Of a DNA stretch of 64,000 nt, positions 47,707 through 57,772 are shown piece after piece. The stretch covers positions 78,564 to 142,563 of the forward strand of contig MNTT01000008.1 in NCBI GenBank assembly GCA_001917135.1, in the 5' to 3' direction. The notes below the pieces were generated by a model that searched no databases, had not been told where the DNA came from, and saw only the letters and a program-made list of their open reading frames with translations. Source of the stretch: Acetobacter sp. 46_36 (lineage in GTDB: Bacteria > Pseudomonadota > Alphaproteobacteria > RF32 > CAG-239). The position numbers and the translations under genes are program-made. Every line of letters starts with the position of its first letter. The stretch's first letter is position 1.

Positions 47707-48444
47707 TTAAATTTTCCGATAGTCAAAAAACACCGGCCGCCGGCCTTCCCGAACAGCCTTTTGTTGATACTTCGTCCTGACCCAATCCGCCGGTTCGCGT
47801 TTCCAGTCTTCCCCGCACTTTGCCGTCCAGATAAAACCAGCATCCTGATGCATCGTCCGCAGAACATGGCGCTTATATACCGGATGGTCGGTTGCAATCC
47901 GAAACAATCCGCCCGTTTTGAGCACCCGGTACACCTCCTTTAAGTTATCCGGATTGACAAACCGCCGCCCCGCATGCTTTTTCTTCGGCCACGGATCCGG
48001 AAACAACAGAAAAACCTTATCAAAAAAATTATCGGGAATCTGCTTAAACAACAGCCGGACATCATCATCATACACCCTGATATTCCGCACCGGATAATCT
48101 TCAGCCCTGATTTCTTCAGGAAGTTTATCCCCATCTTTAATGCCGCTGATGAGTGTCAGCAGATTGGCCACCCCGTTTTGAAAAACTTCCACTCCGACAT
48201 AACCGTTCTGCGGATTGTTCTTCGCCTGGCCGTACAAATGCTGCCCGTCGCCGAAACCGATTTCCAGGCAGATTTCTTTTTTTGCGCCGCCGAACAGCTT
48301 TTCCGCATCAAAATCCGCCGCGGACGTTACCCGCATCTGCGGCAGCATTTTCTCCAACAAAAACTGTTTTGCTTTCCGGACAACGCGCCCTTTTCTTCTT
48401 CCGAAAAATTTCGGTACGTCCGGCACAATCCCCTGATTATACAT
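47707..48444 (-). CDS. trmB: tRNA (guanine46-N7)-methyltransferase
   Basis: ..CLEIGFGDGQHL...VFLLFPDPWPKKKHAGRRF... is the TrmB SAM-methyltransferase signature. Confidence 0.85.
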   Translation of the reverse strand: MYNQGIVPDVPKFFGRRKGRVVRKAKQFLLEKMLPQMRVTSAADFDAEKLFGGAKKEICLEIGFGDGQHLYGQAKNNPQNGYVGVEVFQNGVANLLTLISGIKDGDKLPEEIRAEDYPVRNIRVYDDDVRLLFKQIPDNFFDKVFLLFPDPWPKKKHAGRRFVNPDNLKEVYRVLKTGGLFRIATDHPVYKRHVLRTMHQDAGFIWTAKCGEDWKREPADWVRTKYQQKAVREGRRPVFFDYRKI

Positions 48445-48934
48445 CGTTGTCCAAATCTTCCCTGTTCTTAAGACTCGTCAACATCATCAGCAGTGCAGTC
48501 CGTGCCTTCGCCGGCAGCGAATAAAATGCCTTCAGCAGCATAACCGCCTCAGCGCCCTGCATCGGATCAGACTTATAATCTCCGTCATCTTCCCGCAGAA
48601 AACCGGTGCCATAACACGATGCATAATCGGCGGCGCTGCCAATGCTCAAAATCTCGGGGCTGATGCCGTCAAAAAAATAATCTATGTCAACGCCGAGAAT
48701 AGACGCAATCGTATAAAGCCTTCCCGCGCCGATACGGTTAACACCTTTTTCATATTTTTGAATCTGCTGAAAAGTAATCCCCAGCTTTTCCGCCATTTGC
48801 TTTTGGCTGAGCTGCAAGAGTTTCCTCCGGGCGCAGATTCTTGCGCCTACATGCTCGTCAATAGGTCCGATGCTGCTGTCATTTGCGGTTTCATCGCCTA
48901 ATATTTCTGATTTCCTTTTACGTCCGCGCGGCAT
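48437..48934 (-). CDS. XRE-family helix-turn-helix transcriptional regulator
   Basis: HTH_XRE core (RICARRKLLQLSQKQMAEKLGITFQQIQKYEKGVNRIGAGRLYTIASIL) with an N-terminal basic extension. Its 3' end overlaps the trmB start. Confidence 0.75.
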   Translation of the reverse strand: MPRGRKRKSEILGDETANDSSIGPIDEHVGARICARRKLLQLSQKQMAEKLGITFQQIQKYEKGVNRIGAGRLYTIASILGVDIDYFFDGISPEILSIGSAADYASCYGTGFLREDDGDYKSDPMQGAEAVMLLKAFYSLPAKARTALLMMLTSLKNREDLDNDV

Positions 48935-49052
48935 AGTTCGTCTCCTGATATTACAATCGTTTCTACTTCCGTTTATTTACATCATTACTTTATAAGTTGC
49001 AATAACATTTTATACAATTATACAACCATGGCTATACGTTACAAAAAAAGCG

Positions 49053-50777
49053 TCAGCTTCTTTCATAACCGCTACATCTTCTGGTTGTATTTATAACGAA
49101 TGAATTTAACAGCAAAGCCAGCAGCAGGCAGAAAAACAGCAGCCCGCCCGGCACAATATTGCCGTATCGCCCGTACAATGTGGATTTCTCCAAGACTTTC
49201 GGCAAAGCCGTATCCGAAACGCCCTCTTCATTCAAGCCGATTAAACCCGAAACGTCGCCATTCGGCGCAATAACTGCGCTGATTCCGGTATTGGCGCTGC
49301 GGATAACCGTAATGCCTTCTTCGACCGCGCGCATCTGTGCCGCCGCTAAATGCTGATAAGGCCCCGCGCTCACGCCATACCACCCGTCATTGGCCAAAAC
49401 AACCAAAAGCTCCGGCTTTTGTTCGGGATTTAAAACTTCTTTGGGAAAAATACTCTCATAGCAAATAGCTCCGCCCATCAGCGGCAGCCCGGCAACCTGC
49501 AGTTTTTTGTATTTCTCGCCGCTGCCCAGATCGCCGACGACACTGGCCACCGGCGCCATAAAGGCCGGAAGATATTCGCGGAAAGGCAGATACTCGCCAA
49601 ACGGAACCAAATGCGCCTTATCATAATAGTCTTTGATTTCTCCCCGCCCGTTAATCACAAACATGGAATTATAAGGAACGTATGTGCCGTTTTCAAACCC
49701 CGCTCGCAGCAGCCCCGTAATCAAAAATCCCCCGTCGGGAACCGCCTCTGTAATCTCCGCCAGATGCTCCTCATCCCTGTCCAAAAAGTACGGGCTGGCC
49801 GTTTCGCCCCACACGACCAGTTTCACGCCGTCTGACGGCCTGCTTTTACTTAAGTCAATGTACTTGCGAAAATTGCGGTAAGCCAATCCGGGCTCCCATT
49901 TAAACGTCTGAGGAATGCTCGGCTGCACCAGACGTACAACCGTTGTGCCGGGTTCTGTCTTTTCATACTGCCCTGCCGCCCAAAGCAAAAAGCCCGCCGG
50001 CAGCAAAATAAACCAAAGCGCTCCGCCGTAAAAACGCTTCTGAAAGGCGCCGGAAACCAGTATTGCCGCTCCGCACGACATTAATAACAGCAGCAAAGAT
50101 AAGCCATAAGTTCCGATATATGCCGCTCCCTGGATTACCCGCGCGTCAAAAGCCAGCGCCGTTCCCAGCAGATTCCACGGAAAACCCGTAAAAATAAAGC
50201 TCCGTACCCACTCAAAAAAAACAAACCACGCACAAAAGAGCAGTGCCCGGGCATATACGTTCCGCCCCCCTGCCGCCAACGCCGCCGGAACAGCCCAGAA
50301 CAGCCCGAAAAAAAGTCCCGTCGCAGCAAACACCGCAGGAATAAAAGCCGCAAATTTATTGCCGTCAATTAACAATGCATTGCTGATCCAGGAGAAGCCG
50401 ACCGCATAAAAGGAAAATCCGAAGACATACGCTGTACCGAACCACTTGCTCCACACCGGGCGGCCGTTGTTTTCCTGGCCAATGCGTCCATTATTCTCCC
50501 CGCCGTTCTCTCTGTCATCGGAACTTCCGTCCCCATTGCTGCCCGGACAACAGTTCTCCCGACTGCCGCACTTCCCGCCGTCGTCCCTATATTCTCCCAG
50601 CAGCATTGCCAGAAAGGCAATCAGCGCGACGTAGCCTTCCCACCTGCCTGCATACGGTGGAAAAATCAGCGTTGCAGCCACGCCCGTCAAAAAAGCAAAT
50701 ACGCCACGGACAACCCTGCCCCGTTTTCGCATCTGCGCAAACATCAACGGTTTCAGCTGTTTTGGAAACAACATCAT
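49053..50777 (-). CDS. lnt: Apolipoprotein N-acyltransferase Lnt, with a Gly/Asn/Asp-rich insertion
   Basis: N-terminal polytopic domain plus a C-terminal CN-hydrolase domain (..KLVVWGETASPYFL.., ..GAICYESIFP..). A roughly 45-aa low-complexity insert (GGKCGSRENCCPGSNGDGSSDDRENGGENNGRIGQENNGRP) lies after TM2. Confidence 0.85.
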   Translation of the reverse strand: MMLFPKQLKPLMFAQMRKRGRVVRGVFAFLTGVAATLIFPPYAGRWEGYVALIAFLAMLLGEYRDDGGKCGSRENCCPGSNGDGSSDDRENGGENNGRIGQENNGRPVWSKWFGTAYVFGFSFYAVGFSWISNALLIDGNKFAAFIPAVFAATGLFFGLFWAVPAALAAGGRNVYARALLFCAWFVFFEWVRSFIFTGFPWNLLGTALAFDARVIQGAAYIGTYGLSLLLLLMSCGAAILVSGAFQKRFYGGALWFILLPAGFLLWAAGQYEKTEPGTTVVRLVQPSIPQTFKWEPGLAYRNFRKYIDLSKSRPSDGVKLVVWGETASPYFLDRDEEHLAEITEAVPDGGFLITGLLRAGFENGTYVPYNSMFVINGRGEIKDYYDKAHLVPFGEYLPFREYLPAFMAPVASVVGDLGSGEKYKKLQVAGLPLMGGAICYESIFPKEVLNPEQKPELLVVLANDGWYGVSAGPYQHLAAAQMRAVEEGITVIRSANTGISAVIAPNGDVSGLIGLNEEGVSDTALPKVLEKSTLYGRYGNIVPGGLLFFCLLLALLLNSFVINTTRRCSGYERS

Positions 50778-50824
50778 CGGCAGTTTTCCAGCATTCGTTA
50801 ATCTCCTCCGGCTTTCTGCATTTA

Positions 50825-51361
50825 TCAGTCTTCCGCCGCGTCTTGATAAGGATTGTCAATCGAAAACTGTTCCAGAATTTCTGCTTCCAAACTTTCCATT
50901 TCGTCTGCTTCCTCATCCGTCTGATGGTCAAATCCGAGAATATGCAGAAAACCGTGCACCAGCAAATGGCAATAATGGGCATAAACGGTTATGTGTTTCT
51001 CGTCCGCCTCACGCTGCAAGGTTTCAAACGCCAGAATGATATCGCCCAGTTCCATATCGGCCGACTTATCCAGCATATCCCAGAATTCGTCATCGTCAAT
51101 ACAGGCAAAAGACAAGACGTTCGTCGGCTTGTCCTTTCCCCGGAATTCCTTGTTCAAACGCTGGACTTCCGCATCGTTGCTGAGGCAGACATTAACCTCA
51201 TAAGTCTTATCCAGAGCCAGCAATTCATGCTCGCAGGCATCGGCAACATACGCAAATGCCAAATCCCTGAGTTCTTCGGCTACCTTAACCGCGTCAAAGT
51301 CGGTATTTTCCGTCCACTGCTCGTCGTCAACCGTTACATTCAGCTCTATTTTACTTTTCAT
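50825..51361 (-). CDS. ybeY: Endoribonuclease YbeY (rRNA maturation factor)
   Basis: Zn-binding HGFLHILGFDH motif. Start chosen at MKSKIEL to avoid overlap with phoH; the track ORF extends to 51388. Confidence 0.85.
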   Translation of the reverse strand: MKSKIELNVTVDDEQWTENTDFDAVKVAEELRDLAFAYVADACEHELLALDKTYEVNVCLSNDAEVQRLNKEFRGKDKPTNVLSFACIDDDEFWDMLDKSADMELGDIILAFETLQREADEKHITVYAHYCHLLVHGFLHILGFDHQTDEEADEMESLEAEILEQFSIDNPYQDAAED

Positions 51362-52316
51362 CTTGTTCCTTTTTGCTCTTTTCTTCATACGCTTTGACTA
51401 TTTTTGCAACCAGCCCGTGGCGCACAACATCGTTGGCCGAAAAAGTAACCGACCCGATATTGCTGATGCCTTTCAGCGTATCCAGCGCATCGCGCAGTCC
51501 CGAAATGACTCCTCGCGGCAAATCCACCTGGCTCAGGTCGCCGTTAACAACCATCCGCGAATTTTCGCCCAAACGGGTTAAAAACATTTTCATCTGCATC
51601 GGCGTCGTGTTCTGCGCCTCATCCAAGATGACAAATGCGTTGGAAAGCGTCCGCCCGCGCATAAATGCCAGCGGCGCAATTTCAATTTCGCCCAGTGCCA
51701 GTTTCTTGTCCACCTGTTCTGCCGGCAGCATTTCATACAAAGCGTCATACAACGGCCGCAGATACGGGTCAACCTTCTCTTTCAAATCACCGGGAAGAAA
51801 TCCGAGATTTTCCCCTGCCTCAACTGCCGGACGCGACAGGATAATCTTGTCCACCGCCCCTTCCAGCATCATCGAAACCGCCAGTGCCACTGCCAGATAG
51901 GTCTTACCCGTACCGGCAGGCCCCAAGCCGAACACCAGTTCGTTCTGCATCATCTCGGTAATATACTTTGCCTGCGTTGCCGACCGCGGATAAATATAGC
52001 GTTTCTTGGTTTTTAATACAATTTCGCTCAACGACTGTTTTTCGTCCGCCGATTCGACACCGCCGCAGATTCGCACCGCAGCCTTGACTTCCTGCTCGCC
52101 GACAACATGCCCTTTGCTGGCCTTTTCATACAAAATATTAATCGCCGTTTTGGCATTTTCCACATCGTTAGCCGCCCCTTTAATTGTTATTTGATTGCCG
52201 AAACTCAAAATTTCAACATTCAGCATTTTTTCAACCAGCCGCATATTTTCGTCATTAACCCCGACAACAACCTTCAACAGCTGATTGTTAAAAAGCTCAA
52301 AACTAAGTTCTGCCAT
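51351..52316 (-). CDS. phoH: PhoH-like ATPase (YbeZ)
   Basis: Walker A GPAGTGKTYLAVALAV, typical 321-aa length, and position in the miaB-phoH-ybeY cluster. Confidence 0.9.
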   Translation of the reverse strand: MAELSFELFNNQLLKVVVGVNDENMRLVEKMLNVEILSFGNQITIKGAANDVENAKTAINILYEKASKGHVVGEQEVKAAVRICGGVESADEKQSLSEIVLKTKKRYIYPRSATQAKYITEMMQNELVFGLGPAGTGKTYLAVALAVSMMLEGAVDKIILSRPAVEAGENLGFLPGDLKEKVDPYLRPLYDALYEMLPAEQVDKKLALGEIEIAPLAFMRGRTLSNAFVILDEAQNTTPMQMKMFLTRLGENSRMVVNGDLSQVDLPRGVISGLRDALDTLKGISNIGSVTFSANDVVRHGLVAKIVKAYEEKSKKEQDEK

Positions 52317-52317
52317 A

Positions 52318-53832
52318 TTACAGTACCTCCCCGCTTAAAGAGTTGGTTGAAGCGTCCGTAACACGTACTTCAACGATTTTGTTAAGTAAAGAACCGTCCG
52401 CCTCCGCATGCAGATTCTGCATATAAGGCGTCCGCCCGACGAGCTGCCCCTTGTGCCGCCCCTTGGATTCGAACAGTACCGGCATAACCTTGCCGATGCT
52501 GTTCTTATTAAACTTCGTTTGATAAGAAAACAGCAAATCCTGCAAAACCTGCAGCCGCTCTTTCTTCACTTTTTCGTCAACCTGTCCGTCCATCACTGCT
52601 GCGGGCGTTCCCGGACGCCGGCTGTATTTGAACGAAAAAGCCTGAATATACTGGACCCGGTTAACCACATCCAGCGTTTGTTGAAAATCTTCCTCGGTCT
52701 CGCCCGGAAATCCGACAATAAAATCCGAAGACATACCGATTGCCGGATTCGCCTCTTTCAGTTTTTCAACCACCCGCAGATATTCGTCGCGCGTATGCCG
52801 CCGGTTCATTTTCTTCAGCACTGCATCGGAGCCGGATTGAATCGGCAGGTGCAGATACGGCATAAGCTTGTCCAGTTCCTTATGGCAGCGGATTAAATCG
52901 TCATCCACGTCTGCCGGATAAGACGTCGTATAGCGAATGCGTTTAATCCCGTCGATTTCCGCCACCCGGTTGAGCAGATACGCCAGATTGCGTTCCCGCC
53001 CGGAAGCATCTTCGCCGTGATAGGAATTGACGTTCTGTCCCAAAAGATTCAACTCGACGCTCCCCGTTGCCGCCAGCCTTCTGGCCTCGCGCAAAACGTC
53101 TTCCACCGGACGCGACACTTCTACCCCGCGGGTATACGGCACCACGCAATAGGTACAAAAATTATTGCAGCCCTCCTGAATTGCCAGATACGAACAGCCG
53201 CCTTCAGACTTGTTTTCCGGCAGCAAATCAAATTTGGAAACCGCCGAAAATTCCGTATCCAGCAGCCCTGTTCTCTTGCGCTCTTTTTCTATCTTCCCGG
53301 TCTCAATCTGTTCCTGTGCGTCGTTCAAGCGCACATACGCGGCGTTCTGCTGCCCTTCCCGGCTTTTTCCTGAACACGCCGGCCCGGCATTCAAATGCCG
53401 CTGCCCGGCGTCCGAACATTCCTGCCCGGTTCCTTTTCCTCTCTCTCTTTCACGAAAAACGCTTTCCACCACTTCCCGCAGTCGGAAATACCTGAGCGGT
53501 CCCAGAGCAAAATCGACATACGGCGCGCGCTTTAATATCTCTTTGTCTTCCGCCTGAACCACACAACCGGTAACTCCGATAATCGTATCTCTCCCCTCTG
53601 CGGCTCGTTCAAGTTTGACCAAGTAGGCTCTTCCCAAATCGGAAAAGACTTTTTCCGCCGCCTTTTCGCGGATATGGCACGTATTAAATACAACCACGTC
53701 GGCATCTTTCAATACCGCTGCTTTTTTAAGCCCCATCTCTTCCAGCATATTTGCCATCCTGCTTGAATCATAAACGTTCATCTGACAGCCGAAAGTTTTA
53801 ATAAAATATTTTTTAACCATATCCTCGCGCAT
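52318..53832 (-). CDS. miaB: tRNA-i6A37 methylthiotransferase MiaB (with a low-complexity insertion)
   Basis: N-terminal MTTase domain (KYFIKTFGCQMNVYDS), radical-SAM CxxxCxxC (CNNFCTYC) and a TRAM domain. An extra about 40-aa Gly/Gln-rich segment sits between the N-terminal and radical-SAM domains. Confidence 0.9.
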   Translation of the reverse strand: MREDMVKKYFIKTFGCQMNVYDSSRMANMLEEMGLKKAAVLKDADVVVFNTCHIREKAAEKVFSDLGRAYLVKLERAAEGRDTIIGVTGCVVQAEDKEILKRAPYVDFALGPLRYFRLREVVESVFRERERGKGTGQECSDAGQRHLNAGPACSGKSREGQQNAAYVRLNDAQEQIETGKIEKERKRTGLLDTEFSAVSKFDLLPENKSEGGCSYLAIQEGCNNFCTYCVVPYTRGVEVSRPVEDVLREARRLAATGSVELNLLGQNVNSYHGEDASGRERNLAYLLNRVAEIDGIKRIRYTTSYPADVDDDLIRCHKELDKLMPYLHLPIQSGSDAVLKKMNRRHTRDEYLRVVEKLKEANPAIGMSSDFIVGFPGETEEDFQQTLDVVNRVQYIQAFSFKYSRRPGTPAAVMDGQVDEKVKKERLQVLQDLLFSYQTKFNKNSIGKVMPVLFESKGRHKGQLVGRTPYMQNLHAEADGSLLNKIVEVRVTDASTNSLSGEVL

Positions 53833-54118
53833 AAATCCGAAATGTTATAAACCTAAAACTATACGTTATTCGCAGCGGCATTCTTTTCTTATTCTGAAAC
53901 GGCTGCCGCCATTTTCATTATTGGCTGCAATTATAGCATTAAAGTTTATTTTTTTCAAACAAAATTTACACTCTGCCGCCAATTTGCCTATATCTCCTGC
54001 CCCTCCCACCCTCAACGCCCGACCTCTGCTGATTTTCTGCGAAAAGTACTTTTTCCTGTTGCAAGATAATTGTTTTTTTGGCACAATATAGAAAAGAGCA
54101 TGACCAAGGACTAAAACA

Positions 54119-54583
54119 ATGGGACAGGACAGCACACACAACCGCAGCTATTTCCTTAATGCCGGTGAGGAGGAAAAAAGCATTTTCCTCTCAACATTAT
54201 GCACGCTTGCCAATGCCGACGGTAAAATCAAAGACAGCGAAGTTCGCTTTATTGAAAGCCTTGCCGCCGAAATGCAAACTGAAGTTCTGCCGCAGTTTTT
54301 CAAATACTCCGCAGAACTGTGCATCCGCAATGCCGCCAAAATCCGCAGCCGCAGGCTGGCTCTTGAACTGATTAAAGATATGCTGTCGCTCGCTTACACC
54401 GACGATGAGTTTTCCGATTCTGAAGGGCAGTTCATCTGCAGCATCGGCGACGCCCTGAATATTGAACCGCAGAAAATCGGCCAAATCAGCTCCTGGGTCA
54501 TCGACCGGATAATCTGGCTCGAGCAGGAAGCTCTGATATTTGAAGAAACCGCAAACCGGGGAGGAGAACATGGAAAAAACTAA
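54119..54583 (+). CDS. TerB-like (tellurite-resistance TerB / DjlA-N family) domain protein
   Basis: Two-lobed all-helical pattern with conserved LANADGKIKDSEVRFIESL and ..LAYTDDEFSDSEGQFI.. motifs, paralleling the TerB ADG...SxEE repeats. Confidence 0.5.
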   Translation: MGQDSTHNRSYFLNAGEEEKSIFLSTLCTLANADGKIKDSEVRFIESLAAEMQTEVLPQFFKYSAELCIRNAAKIRSRRLALELIKDMLSLAYTDDEFSDSEGQFICSIGDALNIEPQKIGQISSWVIDRIIWLEQEALIFEETANRGGEHGKN

Positions 54584-55478
54584 CCATTCCGTTCAAAATC
54601 AAAAAGACATAAACTATTACGCCGCAATCCGGAAATATCTGCAAAAGCAATACCCTAAAATGGATAAAACCGGCGTCAGCGCCCTGTGCCGCGAAGCCGT
54701 TTTCGCACCGGGAGGCTATGCCGTTGAAATCGACGGGACAGACGCCCCGATAACCGCCGTACGCGAAAATCTCGCCGATTTCATTGAACGCGACAATGCC
54801 AACAAAAATTTCATTCCCTATTCGCTTGACGCTGAAATCGCCGACCTGATAGAAAAAAACAACTGCGAAACCTCGTCCATGAATGAATATTACCGCTGGA
54901 TTTCGGCGACTGCAGACATTGTCCGCCACACCGGCGACGGCGAAGTTACCGAAAGCGATGCCTCCGAACGCAGCGAATTCATCACCATGAGCTATGACCG
55001 CGAGTCCGAAATCCTTCTTTGCCTCGCCTTGTACGAAAGCGCCGGGCGGGAAAAGAACCGCGGCAAAATTGATATGCTCCGTTTTAAGCTGGCCCGCCTC
55101 CGCGAAATGCGCAGCATCGTCCGCAACACATCGGGCATGGTCAACGCCAAAAGCTATGAAGAAAAAGAAAAGCTGCGCCTGTATTACGACTATTGCGCAA
55201 ATTTATTGTCGCAAAAAGCAGATTACGAACCAAATCTTAACCTGAAATTAAAATTAAATATTAATCATAGTAACGACGAAGATTTGGAAGAGGATTTTTC
55301 TTATCTGAACTACCTGCGGCAGGTCGTGCTGTATATGATGCGCAAACTGGAAAAATCTTCTGCTGAAAATCAGCGTGCGGACAATGTCAGCGAAATTGCT
55401 GACACGAGGGAAAACGACACCCGGGAACAGGAACTCGGATATATGCTCTCCGCCGTACGCGAAAATGAAGGAAGATAA
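54570..55478 (+). CDS. Hypothetical protein (about 303 aa), translationally coupled partner of the TerB-like gene
   Basis: The ATG at 54570 is preceded by GGAGGAG, and the coding sequence overlaps the TerB-like stop by 14 nt. No domain recognised. Confidence 0.5.
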   Translation: MEKTNHSVQNQKDINYYAAIRKYLQKQYPKMDKTGVSALCREAVFAPGGYAVEIDGTDAPITAVRENLADFIERDNANKNFIPYSLDAEIADLIEKNNCETSSMNEYYRWISATADIVRHTGDGEVTESDASERSEFITMSYDRESEILLCLALYESAGREKNRGKIDMLRFKLARLREMRSIVRNTSGMVNAKSYEEKEKLRLYYDYCANLLSQKADYEPNLNLKLKLNINHSNDEDLEEDFSYLNYLRQVVLYMMRKLEKSSAENQRADNVSEIADTRENDTREQELGYMLSAVRENEGR

Positions 55479-55504
55479 CAACTTAATATTAAGGAGAAAA
55501 ACTT

Positions 55505-55819
55505 ATGGAAATTATGCTGGAATCCATACTCTGGTGCATTGAAGGGGTACTGGAGCTCTATTTTATACTGGCTGTCGTCAACGTTGCCCTCTACTGGTGC
55601 ATGCATTTCAACGTTATCGGCCAGGGCGGTCCCGCATTCAAAAAATTCCTTGCGTTTCTGCATCAGATTACCGAACCCGTATATGCCAAACTGCGCGAAC
55701 GCATCAAACCCGTATCGGGATTTGACATCTCGCCATACGTTCTGATTCTGGCACTGATGCTCGTTCTGCACATTCTGGAAAAGACCCGCCATGTCCTGAC
55801 CCCGGTCAGCGGTTCCTGA
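55505..55819 (+). CDS. yggT: YggT-family membrane protein
   Basis: 104 aa with two TM helices and YggT-like sequence. Lies in the conserved yggT-yggU neighbourhood. Confidence 0.6.
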   Translation: MEIMLESILWCIEGVLELYFILAVVNVALYWCMHFNVIGQGGPAFKKFLAFLHQITEPVYAKLRERIKPVSGFDISPYVLILALMLVLHILEKTRHVLTPVSGS

Positions 55820-55837
55820 TAAAAAAGGCACGGCCTG

Positions 55838-56152
55838 ATGTTTTATGATACCGTCGCCGAAGGTTATGTTTTAAGGATTCGGGTAACGCCGAACGCGTCA
55901 AAATGCGGCGTTTCCGGAACATTTTCCGACAGCATCGGTGCGGTTTTTCTGAAAATCAGCCTAATCTCCGTACCGGAAAAAGGTAAGGCCAATCAGGAAC
56001 TGATTAAATATCTGGCCAAAACGCTGCACGAAAACAAAGGGAGTTTTTCTTTGCTTAGCGGAGAAACTGACCGCTGTAAAAAAATTTTCCTGCAAACAGC
56101 GCACTCACCTGAAACCGAAGAAAAGCTGCGGCAAATGGAGAAAATGTCATGA
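55838..56152 (+). CDS. DUF167 (YggU-like) protein
   Basis: 104 aa (..GYVLRIRVTPNASKCGVSG...AVFLKISLISVPEKGKANQELIKYLAK..), a typical YggU. Overlaps the folD start. Confidence 0.65.
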   Translation: MFYDTVAEGYVLRIRVTPNASKCGVSGTFSDSIGAVFLKISLISVPEKGKANQELIKYLAKTLHENKGSFSLLSGETDRCKKIFLQTAHSPETEEKLRQMEKMS

Positions 56153-56994
56153 CGGCGCAGGTTCTTGACGGCAAAAAACTGGCACAGTCCGTCCGGCTCG
56201 GATTAAAACAAAAGATTGCCGCATTCCCGCAGGCACCGGGACTGGCAGTAATCATCGCCGGAAATAATCCCGCCAGCGAGATTTATGTTCGCTCTAAAGA
56301 AAAAGCCTGCCGCGAAACCGGCATTATCCCCTACACATACCGCCTTCCTGCCGATACATCCGCCGATGAGCTTCTGTCCCTCATCCAAAAGCTGAATGCT
56401 TCGCCTGAAATAAACGGCATACTGGTTCAGCTTCCGCTTCCCGCACACTTGGACACAACGCAAATTCTCGGCGCCGTCACCCCTGAAAAAGACGTTGACG
56501 GATTTCATCCGTTAAATGCCGGGCTCGTCGTCCAAAAGCAAGCCGGCGCATTCCTTCCCTGTACGCCCAAAGGGATTATCCGCCTTCTCCGACAAACCGG
56601 AAAGGATTTAAACGGATTAAACGCCGTAGTCGTCGGACGTTCACAAATCGTCGGTCTGCCTGCGGCGCATCTGCTCCTCAACGAAAACTGCACGGTAACC
56701 GTAGCCCATTCCCGTACCCGTGGGCTTGCATCTCTTTGCCGCTCTGCGGATATTTTGGTCGCAGCAGTCGGAAAACCGGAATTTATAACCCGGGATTTCA
56801 TTAAGCCCGGCGCCATAATCATCGACGTCGGCATCAATCGCACGCCCGACGGTCTGAAAGGCGACGTCTGCTTTTCCGAAGCCATTGAAACCGCGTCATA
56901 TATTACACCTGTTCCGGGCGGTGTCGGACCGATGACCATCGCCATGCTGCTGGAAAATACCTGCGAAGCATTTTTAAAACAACACCGCCCTTAA
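56149..56994 (+). CDS. folD: Bifunctional methylenetetrahydrofolate dehydrogenase / methenyl-THF cyclohydrolase
   Basis: MTAQVLDGKKLAQSVR...GLAVIIAGNNPASEIYVRSKEKAC..., a canonical 281-aa FolD. Confidence 0.95.
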   Translation: MTAQVLDGKKLAQSVRLGLKQKIAAFPQAPGLAVIIAGNNPASEIYVRSKEKACRETGIIPYTYRLPADTSADELLSLIQKLNASPEINGILVQLPLPAHLDTTQILGAVTPEKDVDGFHPLNAGLVVQKQAGAFLPCTPKGIIRLLRQTGKDLNGLNAVVVGRSQIVGLPAAHLLLNENCTVTVAHSRTRGLASLCRSADILVAAVGKPEFITRDFIKPGAIIIDVGINRTPDGLKGDVCFSEAIETASYITPVPGGVGPMTIAMLLENTCEAFLKQHRP

Positions 56995-57113
56995 AATCCC
57001 CCCGCGCCCGCATTATATTAAAAACCGGCAGATATTCCGGCATTTCAACACTAAAACGCCAGCAGATATTCCGGCATTTTAACACAAAAGCAGCAGCAAA
57101 AGGAGGATACGAT

Positions 57114-57734
57114 ATGCAGCACTTGGGCAACATTTTCCTGTACAATAACAACACCGTCAACAAAGAACTTTACCACCAGAATCTCGAAAAAATGGGATAT
57201 TTTTTGTTCGACACGGATAATTTGCACAAGTTCAGCCTGTATAATAAGGAAATGACGCCCAATGTCCTGCTGTTTGATTTTGACGGGCATACCCCGATTG
57301 AATTCATCTCCTCCCTTGAGCGCAAGTTCGAACGTTCCTCGATTCCGCTGATTGTCGTATCCGAAGCCCCGCGCGCCCTTATTTACCACCCGTCCATCAG
57401 CCATTACCTGACGCACGACGAAGCCCGGAAAAGGCTTCTGGATATCCTCGAAAGCTACTGCATAGGCAACAAAAAACACCATATACTTTATATAAATCTT
57501 AAGCCGTACGAACGTTCGGATTTTGCCAAATCCGTCAGAAACAGCGGCTACTCGATGTTTGAAGTGCATAATATCAACGCCGCAAAAGCCTATATGGAAA
57601 AAAACGCCCCGACAATAATATGTATCAATTTTCAGCCTGCTTTAAGCAAATCACGGAAACTGTTTTCCTTTCCCAAAACATTTTATGTGGAAAACACGCA
57701 AAATATTAAAGAAGTCGAACAATTTTTAAACTAA
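57114..57734 (+). CDS. Hypothetical protein with an atypical CheY-like receiver (REC) segment
   Basis: Residues about 20-110 (..PNVLLFDFDGHTPIEFISSLERKF..SIPLIVVSEAP..) fit the REC pattern around the phospho-acceptor Asp and the Thr/Ser87 position. It lacks the N-terminal acidic pair, so the assignment is tentative. Confidence 0.35.
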   Translation: MQHLGNIFLYNNNTVNKELYHQNLEKMGYFLFDTDNLHKFSLYNKEMTPNVLLFDFDGHTPIEFISSLERKFERSSIPLIVVSEAPRALIYHPSISHYLTHDEARKRLLDILESYCIGNKKHHILYINLKPYERSDFAKSVRNSGYSMFEVHNINAAKAYMEKNAPTIICINFQPALSKSRKLFSFPKTFYVENTQNIKEVEQFLN

Positions 57735-57772
57735 ACATAAAAGCCGTAGGATAAACTTTCAGGAAAAAGACT

